Positions 1-10,700 of a stretch of 64,000 nt of DNA are shown piece after piece (positions within the stretch are counted from its first letter, which is position 1; each line of letters begins with the position of its first letter). The stretch covers positions 1,054,001-1,118,000 of the forward strand of contig JAMWBK010000012.1 in assembly GCA_029953675.1 (NCBI GenBank), in the 5' to 3' direction. This DNA is from Rhodosorus marinus CCMP1338 (Eukaryota; Plantae; Rhodophyta). The notes under the pieces were generated by a model. That model searched no databases. It was not told where the DNA came from and worked only from the letters and a program-made list of their open reading frames with translations. The position numbers and the translations under genes are program-made.

Positions 1-377
1 GTTTGGATAGTATGCTTAACCTGCAGGATGTCCCCTGGGCTCTCCGGTGGATGTTTGTGTGGGTCATCGCTTGGTTTCGCTAAGGAGAAAATATCAACGG
101 TTTGTCGCGACTAGGGAAACCCCGCGTGACGGACGAGGATAAATTTTGTTCCCAACAGCCCTTAGGAATCGATCCAATTCGATCAACTTTGATCGTGGCT
201 ACTGGACGCAGTAAAATCACTACTGGATCCTTCGGTTTTGATAGTATGCTTGACCGGCAGGATGTCCCCTGGGCTCTCCGGTGGATGTTTGTGTGGGTCA
301 TAGCTTGGTTTCGCTAAGGAGAAAATATCAACGGTTTGTCGCGACTTCGGAAACCCCGGGTGACGGACGGGTATAAA
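1..377 (+). repeat. Direct duplication of ~143 bp (1-143 and 235-377; period 234 bp) upstream of the RTX gene
   Basis: Near-identical blocks GATAGTATGCTT...GGATGTCCCCTGGGCTCTCCGGTGG...GTGACGGACG; the first copy may extend beyond the window start. Confidence 0.9.
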
Positions 378-378
378 T
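372..378 (+). promoter_or_regulatory. Putative TATA box of the RTX-repeat gene
   Basis: TATAAAT ~110 bp upstream of ATG 484; the upstream duplicate copy reads GATAAAT at the same position. Confidence 0.45.
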
Positions 379-483
379 ACGTCCGCGGATGTGGTGGGCC
401 GAGCACTAGTTCGTCGCACTTCAGCGTCGGCATTGAGTGTGCGCGAGTGGCTTTTTTGGCAGGCTGTTCTCGAAGGTCTCAAG

Positions 484-1818
484 ATGGACAATTCTCAAAT
501 TCGATACGTCGTTCTGATGCTCATAGTCGCTGCATGCGCGAGCGGAGTTAAGCTTGGCGATGGGAAACCGATGCTGGCGGTCAGGCCACCGGGTAGTACT
601 GTGTGCGACGCGGAGCTGCTGCCAACGCAGTTCGTAAAGGATTTCCAGGAGACATGCTTCCCTCTACTCGACATTGATCAGCGCGAGCTTGGGACCATGT
701 GCACGTCTACGATGGACACGGGCTCGAAGAAATGTGTGCGGGTCAGATTTACTGCTATTACAAGCAACTTGAGGAGCTTGAAGGTAGGCATCTACCAGGA
801 CTGCAACATGGTCCCAGACAATAATCCGTTCACCCACATCAAAACAGCATCGGGCTCAACAAAAACAAAGTCGGTGACCATTTGCCCCGATGAGATCGAA
901 GCAAATACGAACTGCTGCGAAGCCAATCTCTGCATGGCGGCAGAGGGATCAGTGAAGAAGCGGGGCGCAGTCTTAAAGGTCAGACCAGGCGAGGGCTGCT
1001 CCACGGGTACAAGCGGCAACGGAAACGGACGTATTTGTCCCCTTATGTTGAACTGCGTGAACGTAGTTACTGGCACAAACGGAGCTGACATCCTGATGGG
1101 GACGAACTACGTTGACTACATCTACGGGTTGGGTGGAAATGATACCATCGACTCGTATGCAGGAAACGATGTAATCTTTGCGGGAAGCGGCGATGACTAC
1201 GTTAATGCCGGATTCGGAAACGACAAGGTTTACGGGGAAGACGGGGATGATTACGTTTACGGCGACAACGGTGATGACTACATATCAGGTGGAGATGGCA
1301 TGGACAACCTTAGCGGCGGCAATGGGGATGACGAGATTAAAGGCGGTAAAGACGAGGACGATATATTTGGTGGAAATGGAGATGACAATCTGCTAGGTGG
1401 AGACGACGATGATTTCATCCAGGGAGGAGCTGGCAACGATCGCATCCGCGGATACGACGGTAACGACCTACTGCGTGGCAACCATGGGGACGACAATTTG
1501 GGCGGTGGCTCCGGCGATGATTACATGCAGGCCGGTTATGGAAATGACGTGGTGAACGGAAATTCCGGGGACGACGGCATTTACGATTACTACGGTAATG
1601 ACATTCTCAAGGGCGGAGGCGACAACGACAACATCGCAGACTTTTTCGGAGACAACTTCGTCGACGGCGGTGGGGGTAATGATATCATCAATACCGGAGA
1701 TGGCGATGACGAAATCCTCGGTAAGGAAGGCGACGATGATATTACGAGCGGTGGAGGGTTTGACGTTATTGATCCAGGACCGGGAAACGATACTGTCGAC
1801 GGCGTACCAAATCTTTAA
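484..1818 (+). CDS. Secreted protein: Cys-rich N-terminal domain plus hemolysin-type (RTX) Ca2+-binding GGxGxD nonapeptide repeats
   Basis: ATG 484 gives a signal-peptide-like MDNSQIRYVVLMLIVAACASG; ~20 GGxGxDx(L/I) repeats from ~nt 1070 to the stop; no introns. Confidence 0.85.
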   Translation: MDNSQIRYVVLMLIVAACASGVKLGDGKPMLAVRPPGSTVCDAELLPTQFVKDFQETCFPLLDIDQRELGTMCTSTMDTGSKKCVRVRFTAITSNLRSLKVGIYQDCNMVPDNNPFTHIKTASGSTKTKSVTICPDEIEANTNCCEANLCMAAEGSVKKRGAVLKVRPGEGCSTGTSGNGNGRICPLMLNCVNVVTGTNGADILMGTNYVDYIYGLGGNDTIDSYAGNDVIFAGSGDDYVNAGFGNDKVYGEDGDDYVYGDNGDDYISGGDGMDNLSGGNGDDEIKGGKDEDDIFGGNGDDNLLGGDDDDFIQGGAGNDRIRGYDGNDLLRGNHGDDNLGGGSGDDYMQAGYGNDVVNGNSGDDGIYDYYGNDILKGGGDNDNIADFFGDNFVDGGGGNDIINTGDGDDEILGKEGDDDITSGGGFDVIDPGPGNDTVDGVPNL

Positions 1819-2489
1819 GTCGTTGGCGTCCCCGTAAGGGTTTTGTTGCCCTTACGCCTGCTAGCAATTGTCTACAAGGGTCATCCTTTGCTTGGACATA
1901 ATAGCTTTCGCCCTGCGGGGCGTTCGCGACTGCGGTATCCTCACGCGCAAGGATCAGGGAATGACCAATAAAGGCAGGGCCTTCGAAATATATCCGACAT
2001 ACATGAAAGCCCTAATAAAGTCGAACGTCATTCAATAAAGTCTAACTTGTGCTCCGCACGCAACCCCAGCATCTGGGCCAAAATACCTCGCGGCCTCTCA
2101 TGTCTAGCAACACACAGGTCGAGCTCACACAACATAGGCCGATCTCTTGCTGTTTCTACTGAGACCTCAGGGGCTGATCTAATCGTGTGATGCATGGCAT
2201 GGTAAGCACGTCTTCTCTAATTCCATCGATTTTGTCCTATGCTGTTCCAAGGAACTGTCGTCCATCAATAGAAGTAGTTCAATTACGATACGAATTCTGC
2301 GTCGCACCCATCTTGAGGAGTACCACATACAAAAATACGAGCGCTAAAAAGTGGCTTCTCCACTCGAACTTCTTCTGGTGCATCCAGTCAACCCGTCTGG
2401 AAAATACTTCACCAGAGCGCTTCAGCAATTCACCGAATAAAACGGGAGCAGAATCGGGGAACAGAAAAGTGTACAACACTGTTACTACT

Positions 2490-2665
2490 ACCCTGAAGAA
2501 TATCTGGTGCTCCTCCGCCGTTTTAAGTATCGCTCTCTGGCGGTATTCTAGCAACATACTCGCCAAGGCGCGCCACCGCTCGCCTGGGCTCACGTGCCCT
2601 TCTTCCTAGTCCCTAGTTTCCTTTTACGTCTTGCGTTGCGCATAAGGCTATGTTAGCAAAACCAC
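2490..2665 (+). mobile_element. 3'-end fragment of an older family-A RLE retrotransposon
   Basis: Encodes EYLVLLRR..ALWRYSS..LAKARHR, followed by the family-A 3' UTR (GGCTATGTTAGCAAAACC). Confidence 0.75.
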
Positions 2666-2669
2666 TGTT

Positions 2670-4610
2670 TTTGACGCACACACGGGAGTCCAGCAAGGCG
2701 ATCCTTGTGGGCCTGTCCTGCACGCCTGTGCCTTGCAGCTTGTCCTCCTGCGTCTTGCGAGTGAGGTGCCGGATCTTCGTATCTGTGCCTATCGCGACGA
2801 CGTAACGTTGCTAGGCACATTCGAGACCCCAGAACGGGGGTTGACTCAGATCGAAGCAATTGCACTTGGAGTAGATCTGACAGTGGAAGCAGGAAAAAGT
2901 GGTTTTCTTGCCCCGAATGAAGTTACGCTGGCCTCTCTGCCATCTGCTCTCCGACTCATCGGCGAACGTGAAGGGCTCGAGCACCACGGCGTCGGTTTGG
3001 GGAGTGACACCTTCGTCCAAGACTCTTGCGAACGCGTTTTGGCACGACATAAACAGCTCACCAACGCCATTGAGCACCTACCAGGCAGCACGCTGCAATC
3101 GGCATGCCTGCTTTCCCGCTTTTGTGCTGGTCCCCGCCTGAATTACTGGCTGCGCAGCCCTCCACCACGTCGGGGCTCGTGGATCGCAGCCAAGCCCGGT
3201 GAGAACGTGCTAAAACACTGGAGAACGCTCTTGGATGAACCCCTGGATGTTGAATCTGCTCCTGACAGGGACTTAATTCGTGCCCAGATCGCTCTATCGT
3301 TGCGACTAGGCGGATTTGGCGTGTCAGACCATGGCCTCGTATACTCGCCTTGCAGCAGTCGCCTCCTGGGCCACCGCGCTTCGTACCGTGGTGACCTTTC
3401 GGATGCGAATCGCCTGCATTTTGGCTCGAGCACTAACTACAGAGGGCCCCGTGACCCTTCCGCCTGCGCTTTTGAGTATCTATGGCGCTCTGAAACATGC
3501 GTTCAGTAGGTGCAACCCCGTGCGGGACGAGAATCGATCGAGTTTTCGCTCCTAGAGGGAGCTGTTATGGGGACGTACTGCGGCCATCGAGGACTCTCCC
3601 ATCGCCATGTACTCACCGACGAAGGGGAAACCAGCCCCGGGTCACCTGCTCAAGATTACCCGGGTCTGAGCAGATTGTGGAGCTAGCGCAATGATGTGAT
3701 ACAACAAAGCCTCACCTGGGGCCGACACAGTGCCGTTCACGCAATTTTGCTCAACTCTCCCTTCACACCGCCTACCCATGCCGCTCGCCTGAGCGGCATG
3801 GGAGGCCATCTATCGCACTTGTGGTTAACCACTCTACCTTCGTCACTGAGTCACCGTCAAACGATGCCCCTTCCAGTTTCGCTCCGCAGCGCGGATCTAC
3901 CTGGGTTTGCCACAAGCTCCGTGGCACTCTAATCGGCTATCTTTCTGTCAGGGATGTGAGAGTCGGATTGAAGCCTTAGGCTACCACTTCTTGGGTTCAT
4001 GCGGACTGTTCAGAGGTCTGCGTATGAGGCGTCACACTCTCTTCAAGTACATTCTCAGCGAATGTTTGACTCGGGTCGGGGACACGGTTGAGGTGGAATC
4101 GGAACTGCCCAGATCGGTCTCGGACACGGCGCCGCCCCGCTGTATCGCAGATCTCCTCGTCTCCGACACTCTGCTGCTAGACGTTCAGCATATGTGGACC
4201 TCGCGATCACCTACCCTGTGGCAAGCGCCCATCTCACTGCTGCCGCACGCCGCCGGGGGGGAGCCGCTTCGGCCCTTCTTCGAGTGAGGGAATGACAGTG
4301 TGCTGAGAGTTTGGCCAGTCTGCCCCGCGCAGAGGGGCGCTCCCACCGGTTCCAGCTTTTCATTGTGGAAAGCTTCGGTCACGTGGAAAAGACGGGTTTG
4401 GAGTGGTTGCGGAAGTGTTTCGCTGAGCATCCTGCCGAATACCTGGAACTCTTACGCCGTTTAGGTGTCTCTCTGTGGCGGTGTTCTAGCAGCATGCTTG
4501 CCGAGGCGCGCCATCGGCGCCTGGGTTTGCACGCTTCCCTGCCTAGTTCTTAGTTCCTTTTCATGCCTTGCGTAGCGCTTTAGGGTATGCGAATAAAAAC
4601 CGTAAAAGCC
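2670..4610 (+). mobile_element. 5'-truncated, frameshifted family-A non-LTR retrotransposon (RT core to RLE, with 3' UTR)
   Basis: GVQQGDPCGP, AYRDD, LSLRLGGFG, CxxC..H..C knuckle, RH/ADL/FIVESFG endonuclease motifs, split across several frames. Confidence 0.9.
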
Positions 4611-4725
4611 ATTGTTAGTTTTCGTGAGGGTGTCCGGTGCTAGTTTCCGGTGGTTTTGCGTGGCGATTGGGTTCTTCGGTGGGAGGCGCTTCTCTCTGCT
4701 GCCTTTCTCCCCGTTTTCGTCGGGT
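4611..4725 (+). mobile_element. Fragment resembling the 5' end of a family-C element
   Basis: TTTCGTGAGGGTGT...GTTCTTCGGTGGGAGGCGCT matches the reverse complement of ~58950-59050. Confidence 0.65.
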
Positions 4726-5168
4726 TTTGTGGTTGCAGTAGTGCGATCAGTATGATTATTGAGGTGGTTGAGGCTCGTTGAGTCTGGTGTCTGGCTGCTT
4801 TGATGTCGCTGGCTATCGGTGCTATGCAGTTACCCTTCGCCCACTACCATTATACACCACGACATGCGCTTCACCGTTTCTGGCTTGGCCGATTCCTTCC
4901 CGGCTGTGTTTAGCTCGCGATCAGTGGGTTCATAACTGTTCGATAAGAGGGATTTCCTTGTTCGAAGGAAAGCCTTGTGGTCTGTCTGAGGTAGCAAGCA
5001 TCAAGTTGCAGCACCACGAGGCGGGAGGTGGGATTCCGAGGTTTCCTCCACACAAGCAGCCGAGACCGCATTCCTCACCCTTGCCCAATGCGCGGAATCG
5101 ACTAACGCTGGAAAGATTGTCCACAGTCATGGTGTAAGCACATGTGCTGAGTTGGTAGGAAACTTAGT

Positions 5169-5290
5169 GATTGGCTAGCATTTTTACGAGCCTTGATTGG
5201 ATAAGGTACAGAAGATTAGTTTCTATTACATATTATTTTCGATAGGAGGGATAATTAATACGTGTATTCAAGATATATACACCAATAATA
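5169..5290 (+). repeat. Old AT-rich dispersed repeat; second copy inverted at ~49179-49303
   Basis: Shared GATTGGCTA..TGATTGG.TAAG..TAATTAATACGTGTATTCAA..TACACC.ATAAT. Confidence 0.6.
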
Positions 5291-5609
5291 GTAAACTTCG
5301 TACTCAGACGCAGGAACATGAATGGTGAGTTTCCGTCCCAGATCTCTTCTATTGGGTGTCAATTATTTTTCTTACGTATTTAAATATACTCGTCCACCAG
5401 AACGGTCATAGCCGTCAGCCCATAGGACCGCTCCCCGACCAGCGCAAACTTCCTCATTACCAGAAGCACCTCTGATTCTGAAAATAGGAATCCACATCAT
5501 CGAAATCAACTAGGCGAGTTTTCCTGTCCCGAACGAATGGTGATTTTCCTAGTATGGCCTGATGCGCTAAGCAAAACGTAGAAGGAAACTAGTGACTTTC
5601 CCAATATAA

Positions 5610-5840
5610 CCATTGAGTGCTTTGGGTTTCTGGGTTCCGTTGGCTCTCGTTGGCTTCGGGAAGTGTTCCGCAAACGCCCTGACCGTCTGTCATCGTTTTT
5701 AACCCGTTTAAGTTTCTTGCTGTGGCGTATGAGTGCTGCTTTGATGTTGGAGGCGCGTGATCTTCGCTGCGCTTAGTCTTTTTTTACCCCCCGGGCTTTT
5801 TTTCTTTCAGCCTCCGACTAAACAAATTCATTCAAAAAAA
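5610..5840 (+). mobile_element. 3'-end fragment of a family-C element
   Basis: IECFGFLGSVGSRWLREVFRKRPDRL..; U-rich 3' UTR ending CAGCCTCCGACTAAACAAATTCATTC. Confidence 0.8.
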
Positions 5841-6004
5841 GCCCGACAGAGCCGCCAGAATTTGCTCCCAACCAAACCAAAGTGTTCACTGACGATCGAT
5901 AATCGCCTAAAAAAAAAAGATTATTTCCTGCTAATTCCAATATTCGATCTTCGTCGCGGTGCTGCTCCCTCTTGATGCGCACTGCCAGAGCGCGTCAGGA
6001 TCAG

Positions 6005-6500
6005 GACGTTCTGGTTGAGGAAGTTGCGTCTGGATTCAGGAAACATTTCTAGTTATCGTACGTCGCCATGCGAGGTTGTAGACAATTTACTGCATCTACT
6101 AAATTTAGCACCAAGGATTCCCAAGGGACGCAAGGTAAACTGGGAGAGGCAGACCCGAGGCCCAGATCCAGGCAAAGCACTCCGCTTGTGTCAGTATCTG
6201 ACGTTCTTATCGAGCAAGTTACGGATGGAATCGGGAACAACATTTCAATTCGTCGTCACAAGGGTGGAGACCGGCTACTTCCGCTGCCGAATTTAGCACC
6301 AAGGATTCGCTAAAAGAAACAGCTTAACCTAGGCGAAGGAGACCGAGATCCCGGATTGGGACAAAACAGTACGTTTTAGCGCAAACTGCGTCAGTACCGC
6401 ACGTTCTGGGCGTGCACGTTTGCGAGTGGAGTCAGGGAACATTTCATTTTATCGTCCCTCCCCAAACAATGGTGAAGACCACCTACTTCCGCTATCGAAT
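6005..6500 (+). repeat. ~2.5 degenerate tandem copies of a ~195-200 bp unit, possibly a decayed repeat-protein gene
   Basis: ACGTTCT..GTT..G..TGGA.TC.GG.AACATTTC recurs at ~6005, ~6200, ~6400; AATTTAGCACCAAGGATTC occurs twice. Confidence 0.55.
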
Positions 6501-7154
6501 GTTGCAGTTTGTCTGGGGATCCTGTGCGGATGAAAATACTTGAACTCCCATTCACTGACCTTGGGTTCATGTTTACAGTACAGTTGGGGCATTTGTCAGT
6601 TTTCTCTGGTATTCTGTGAGAACGTCAGCAGATGTGTTCATGGACGGACATGAATGCGGATTATGATTTGGTATCTTTTAGAATCACCACCACGGTTCCA
6701 CAGCGAGTAGCACATTGACTGTCCTGCTGGTGGTTTTACTGTTATACTAGTCAACGGCATCTCACGGGGGACGAATTGCAAAGCTCTAAGGTTGTTATAG
6801 AAGATTCTTGGTTGTGAGAATCTCTGTTTCTTGTAATCAGTTCGTGGTTCTCATTGGCTCCCCGACATGTTCCTCCACCTGCCTTGACCGGGCTCGGCTC
6901 GCTGTTCACTCGTTTGATCAACTCTTGTTTTTTTTTGGCATATGAATAGCTGCTTGGATATTCTGAGGTGTGCGACCTTCTGTCTTCAGTAGTCTTTTCC
7001 GCCTCCCGGCGAAGGAGCAACTAATCCTTCTTCATATGGAGAGGAATCAAGTTCGGAATATGGTTCGGAATAGGGTGCGGAATATGGTTTTAACCAACCG
7101 GATCATTTAATCATTGAAAAATATCATATTCGAGGTTGCCTTTTTAGGATTTAC

Positions 7155-7230
7155 TTGTGGTGTTTTAGTGGTTTTACCTGGCATACTAGCATAGCCTGAA
7201 GCGCTACGCAGGGCGTGAAGGGAACTTGAA
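7155..7230 (-). mobile_element. Family-A 3' tip
   Basis: Reverse complement reads TTCACGCCCTGCGTAGCGCTTCAGGCTATGCTAGT...GTAAAACCAC. Confidence 0.7.
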
Positions 7231-7311
7231 ACTGGACTACGAACCCCACTCTCCAACTCAGCACCTTCCAGTCCATCCGCACAAATGCTTTTGGAATAAC
7301 GCGAGGACCTA

Positions 7312-7460
7312 ATGGAAACATGCGTCCACCTAGTGCTAAGGGGTTCCCAAGGGCGGATCCTTCGAACATGCGACACAAAGGCAGTTTGGGAGGTCCCGTA
7401 TGGAAACATGCGTCCACTTAATGCTATTAGGTTCCCACGGGCGGGTCCTTCGAAAATGCG
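7312..7460. repeat. Two imperfect copies of a ~60-bp block, period 88 bp
   Basis: ATGGAAACATGCGTCCAC.TA.TGCTA..GGTTCCCA.GGGCGG.TCCTTCGAA.ATGCG at 7312 and 7400. Confidence 0.8.
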
Positions 7461-7738
7461 GAACGTGCGGACGGTCAGTCGCGCCGAAGGCGATTTGAGT
7501 TGTTCATGAAGCAAATTGCGTAGTGTGGTATTGTGGTGGTGAGAACCGTAACTGGAGCCTGCTGCGCACCCGATCCGCGCCTGGTTTTTTTCTGAAGTAG
7601 ACCTGATATAGTCTCGTCGTTCTCCAGGTTGTGTGCGCCGCCACTATAAAAGCATCGCTAAAAATCGGGATGCTGAGGGGTTGAGACGCATCAGGAAATC
7701 AACAAAGCGAAAAGGATGGAGAATGTCTTGCAGGAATT

Positions 7739-10700
7739 ATGAGCTATCACAAAATGCCGCATTTTCTCAAGGTTGGGACGGTAGCATTGTTGGCGTGGCT
7801 GTTCGTTGCCGTAAGCGCTTCGGATAGTGACGTATGCTCCGGATGGGGTTTCTCGTCCACTATGTGTCAGATGGCGCAGGACGTATCAGCAAATTTTGTC
7901 GATGGGGAACCTTCGAAACCGTTTTCGATCTATGCACCATTTTTCTACATCATCGATTTGACCGATGCAAGAACGACCACGACGGACCTCTTTGGCACCG
8001 ATAGAGAGGTCATTGTTCACGGCTACTACATCGTGATCAAAGGAAAAGCTGGCGTGTCCGCCGCGATGCGAGGAACGAACATCACCATCGTCGCGACGGT
8101 TACTGAGATCGAAACGGATGGTGATTTTGAGGTCAATCTCAGTGGGACTGATACGACAAAGCTGCCACCACAAGCACCTTTGAAACCGGACACGGCAGAC
8201 CCTAAACCTGCGAATGGGCCAAGGCACTCGGCATCGGATAGAGACGGGGAAGTAGGTGAGAACGGTATTGAGGGCGACGTCGGGGTCGAGGGCAACGTGG
8301 GAGGAAATTTTATACTGGCTACGAAGTACCTGAATGTAGCAAGTCTGCAGGCTGGTGGGTACACGATGACTATACGAACTGACGGTGGCACCGGAGGTAT
8401 TGGTGGTGCTGGAGGTGACGGCGGTGACGGACAGACAGGGATCCCCGGAGTTCAATGTGGGTTGTCAGCGACTTGCTTCGGATCCACGTGTAAGAACAGC
8501 TGGAACAGAGATTGCCCTTCGAACCTTAGCGGCAGCTGGGTGACTTGCACTAAATACGCTCCTGGGGCTGGTGGAGGCGGTGGGAATGCGGCGAATGGTG
8601 GGCAAGGTGGGCCCGGTGGCGCACCGGGTTCGGTGCATATCTATTCAAACTATGCAATTGGTGTGAACGATAATGAGCTGAGTAACGACGAAGCTAAGAA
8701 CTTATTCGGTCACTCGTCAGAGAGCGGGGAGGGTGGTGTGGGGGGAGCACCAGGCAAGCCCGGCAACGGTGCGACCCAGCCTCTGCCATGTGTCTCTCAG
8801 GAGAAGGGGATAAACTATGTATTTGTGAACGACTACGAATACAGGACTACGAGCTACAACAAAGTTGCCGAACGCGGGGCTCAGGGTGGGGAGGCTGAAC
8901 AGGGTCCCGTCGGTGAGAAGCCACATAATGCACTGGACTTTTCTTTCCGCGCGACGATCGATGCCGAGGTAAAGGAGTGGGAAGAGAATACGAATGAGAG
9001 CCCGCAGGACTGGGTCTACGAGAACGCGCCTCAGCCAGAGGGGTACATCGACTACGGACTACAGCTGTCACAAAGTATGCTGGATGTCATGCAGTTCAAC
9101 GATGACGACAAACAGAACCAAAACGCGTACACCCTCATTGTGCTCACCGTGAGCGAGATGTTAGCCAACGCACAGAATCAAGCGAACGTGAGCTCGGATG
9201 AATCGGAGAAGAAACGACTGACTGCACTGGCGAGTCGAGCCGTTGGGATACTCCAGGGTGCAAACCAGGTCACGACATCTTCCGGTCGTCCGCTCAACGA
9301 GATCAGCACAATCAACTTTGAGACACTCCTCGACGACCTCGAGACACAACGCGAGCTCGGAGCTGTGCTTGAGGATTATTACTCGCACTATCGGCTTGCG
9401 GTTGATGACGCTGAGCTCTCCGCTGCGCTGATGGGAAACGCCACAACCAACGCTCACACCGGGATCCAAGCTCAATATAGAAAGCAAGTAGCAATTATGG
9501 AAGACATGCTCGCCTTGAACCGCTCGATCAGCGAGGTGGACCAAGCCATTGGCGGAATTTTTCTCGAGCTCACTGCTCAACAGGAGCTAATGGACGACTG
9601 CTGGGTCGAGGTGCAAAAACGGGCAAAGTTTCAGAGAGTCATGGGTTTCGTGATGTTCGGCCTCTCCGTCTTCGATATTGGATTCTCGCTCGTCAAGGGG
9701 CTCTCCAAGGCGGGACAGTGGGAAAAATCGGAAACGGCGAACGAGGCAATGAAATACTTTTACAGGGGTACTCAGGGATGGTCCTCCGGCAAGTTTCAAA
9801 CCTGGGGTCAGCTGTTCATTGACATCGAGGGGTTCTTCCCGAGCGCTGGAGAGACGCCGGACTGGTCAGAGTACGAGATAAGCCTCGAGGACATCATGGC
9901 AGATCTGTACGGTCTTCCTGGTGCCGACCCTGACGATCTCGCAGATCCACTGGAGAATATATATGACGCTGAGGACTATGACGACGCGGTGAGGCTTTCA
10001 GAAATGATGGACGTGGTTGATGTCAATTTCAACCGTCAGCGGATAGCCCTCGATAAGCAAGAGCTTAATGATTTCATATCATATATGAAGTCGTACTGCC
10101 ATGCCTCAGCGGGGGATTTTATCCGCACGTACAACAAGATGGAAATGTGGGCGAACCAGAAGGCTGACCTCCTCGCTCTGTATTCGGCATACTTCTCCTT
10201 CCTGAAGGAGGTGACTGCACAGAAATTGTACCTTCAGAACCTCGTGGTGGAACTCCAATTGGAGTTGCAGAACAACATGGTCAATCCCGCTGCACCCGCA
10301 GTCAAGGCTGCACACGCGTCGACCTACAACATACTCCTCCAGGACTTCCACCGCAGCTTGGAGACGGTATTCCTCGCCAGGGAGTACCTCATGATGGGAT
10401 CTAGCAGCAGCTTGGACATGATTAGCTTGTCTAACTGTCGATGGGAGACCAACCTTTTCGATGCAACGAGCAACCTCTACTTTGCGTGCTCAGCGGGTGC
10501 GATTGCTGAGCTACGCAAGTCGCTGATGAGATGGTATGAGGAGACGTACACCAGCCACCAGCAGATGGAGTACGGTTCATACTGGGGCCCCTTTGAAATC
10601 AATGCGCAGGAGGTCGGGGTAGATGTTTGGAATGAGTTTAAGGAGACTGGGATCCTCAACTTTTGTGTGGATCCATCGCATCCAGCGTTCAATGTCTTGC

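Noticed and set aside
391-483. Longer ORF-track starts (391, 31369, 53087, 57797, 58997)
   Set aside because: Downstream ATGs (484, 31519, 53030, 57518, 58808) give signal peptides or conserved N-termini; the extensions look non-coding or overlap a promoter, satellite or ORF1
1832-1860. Rho-independent terminator-like hairpin after the RTX gene
   Set aside because: Eukaryotic context, a short 8-bp stem and no U-tract
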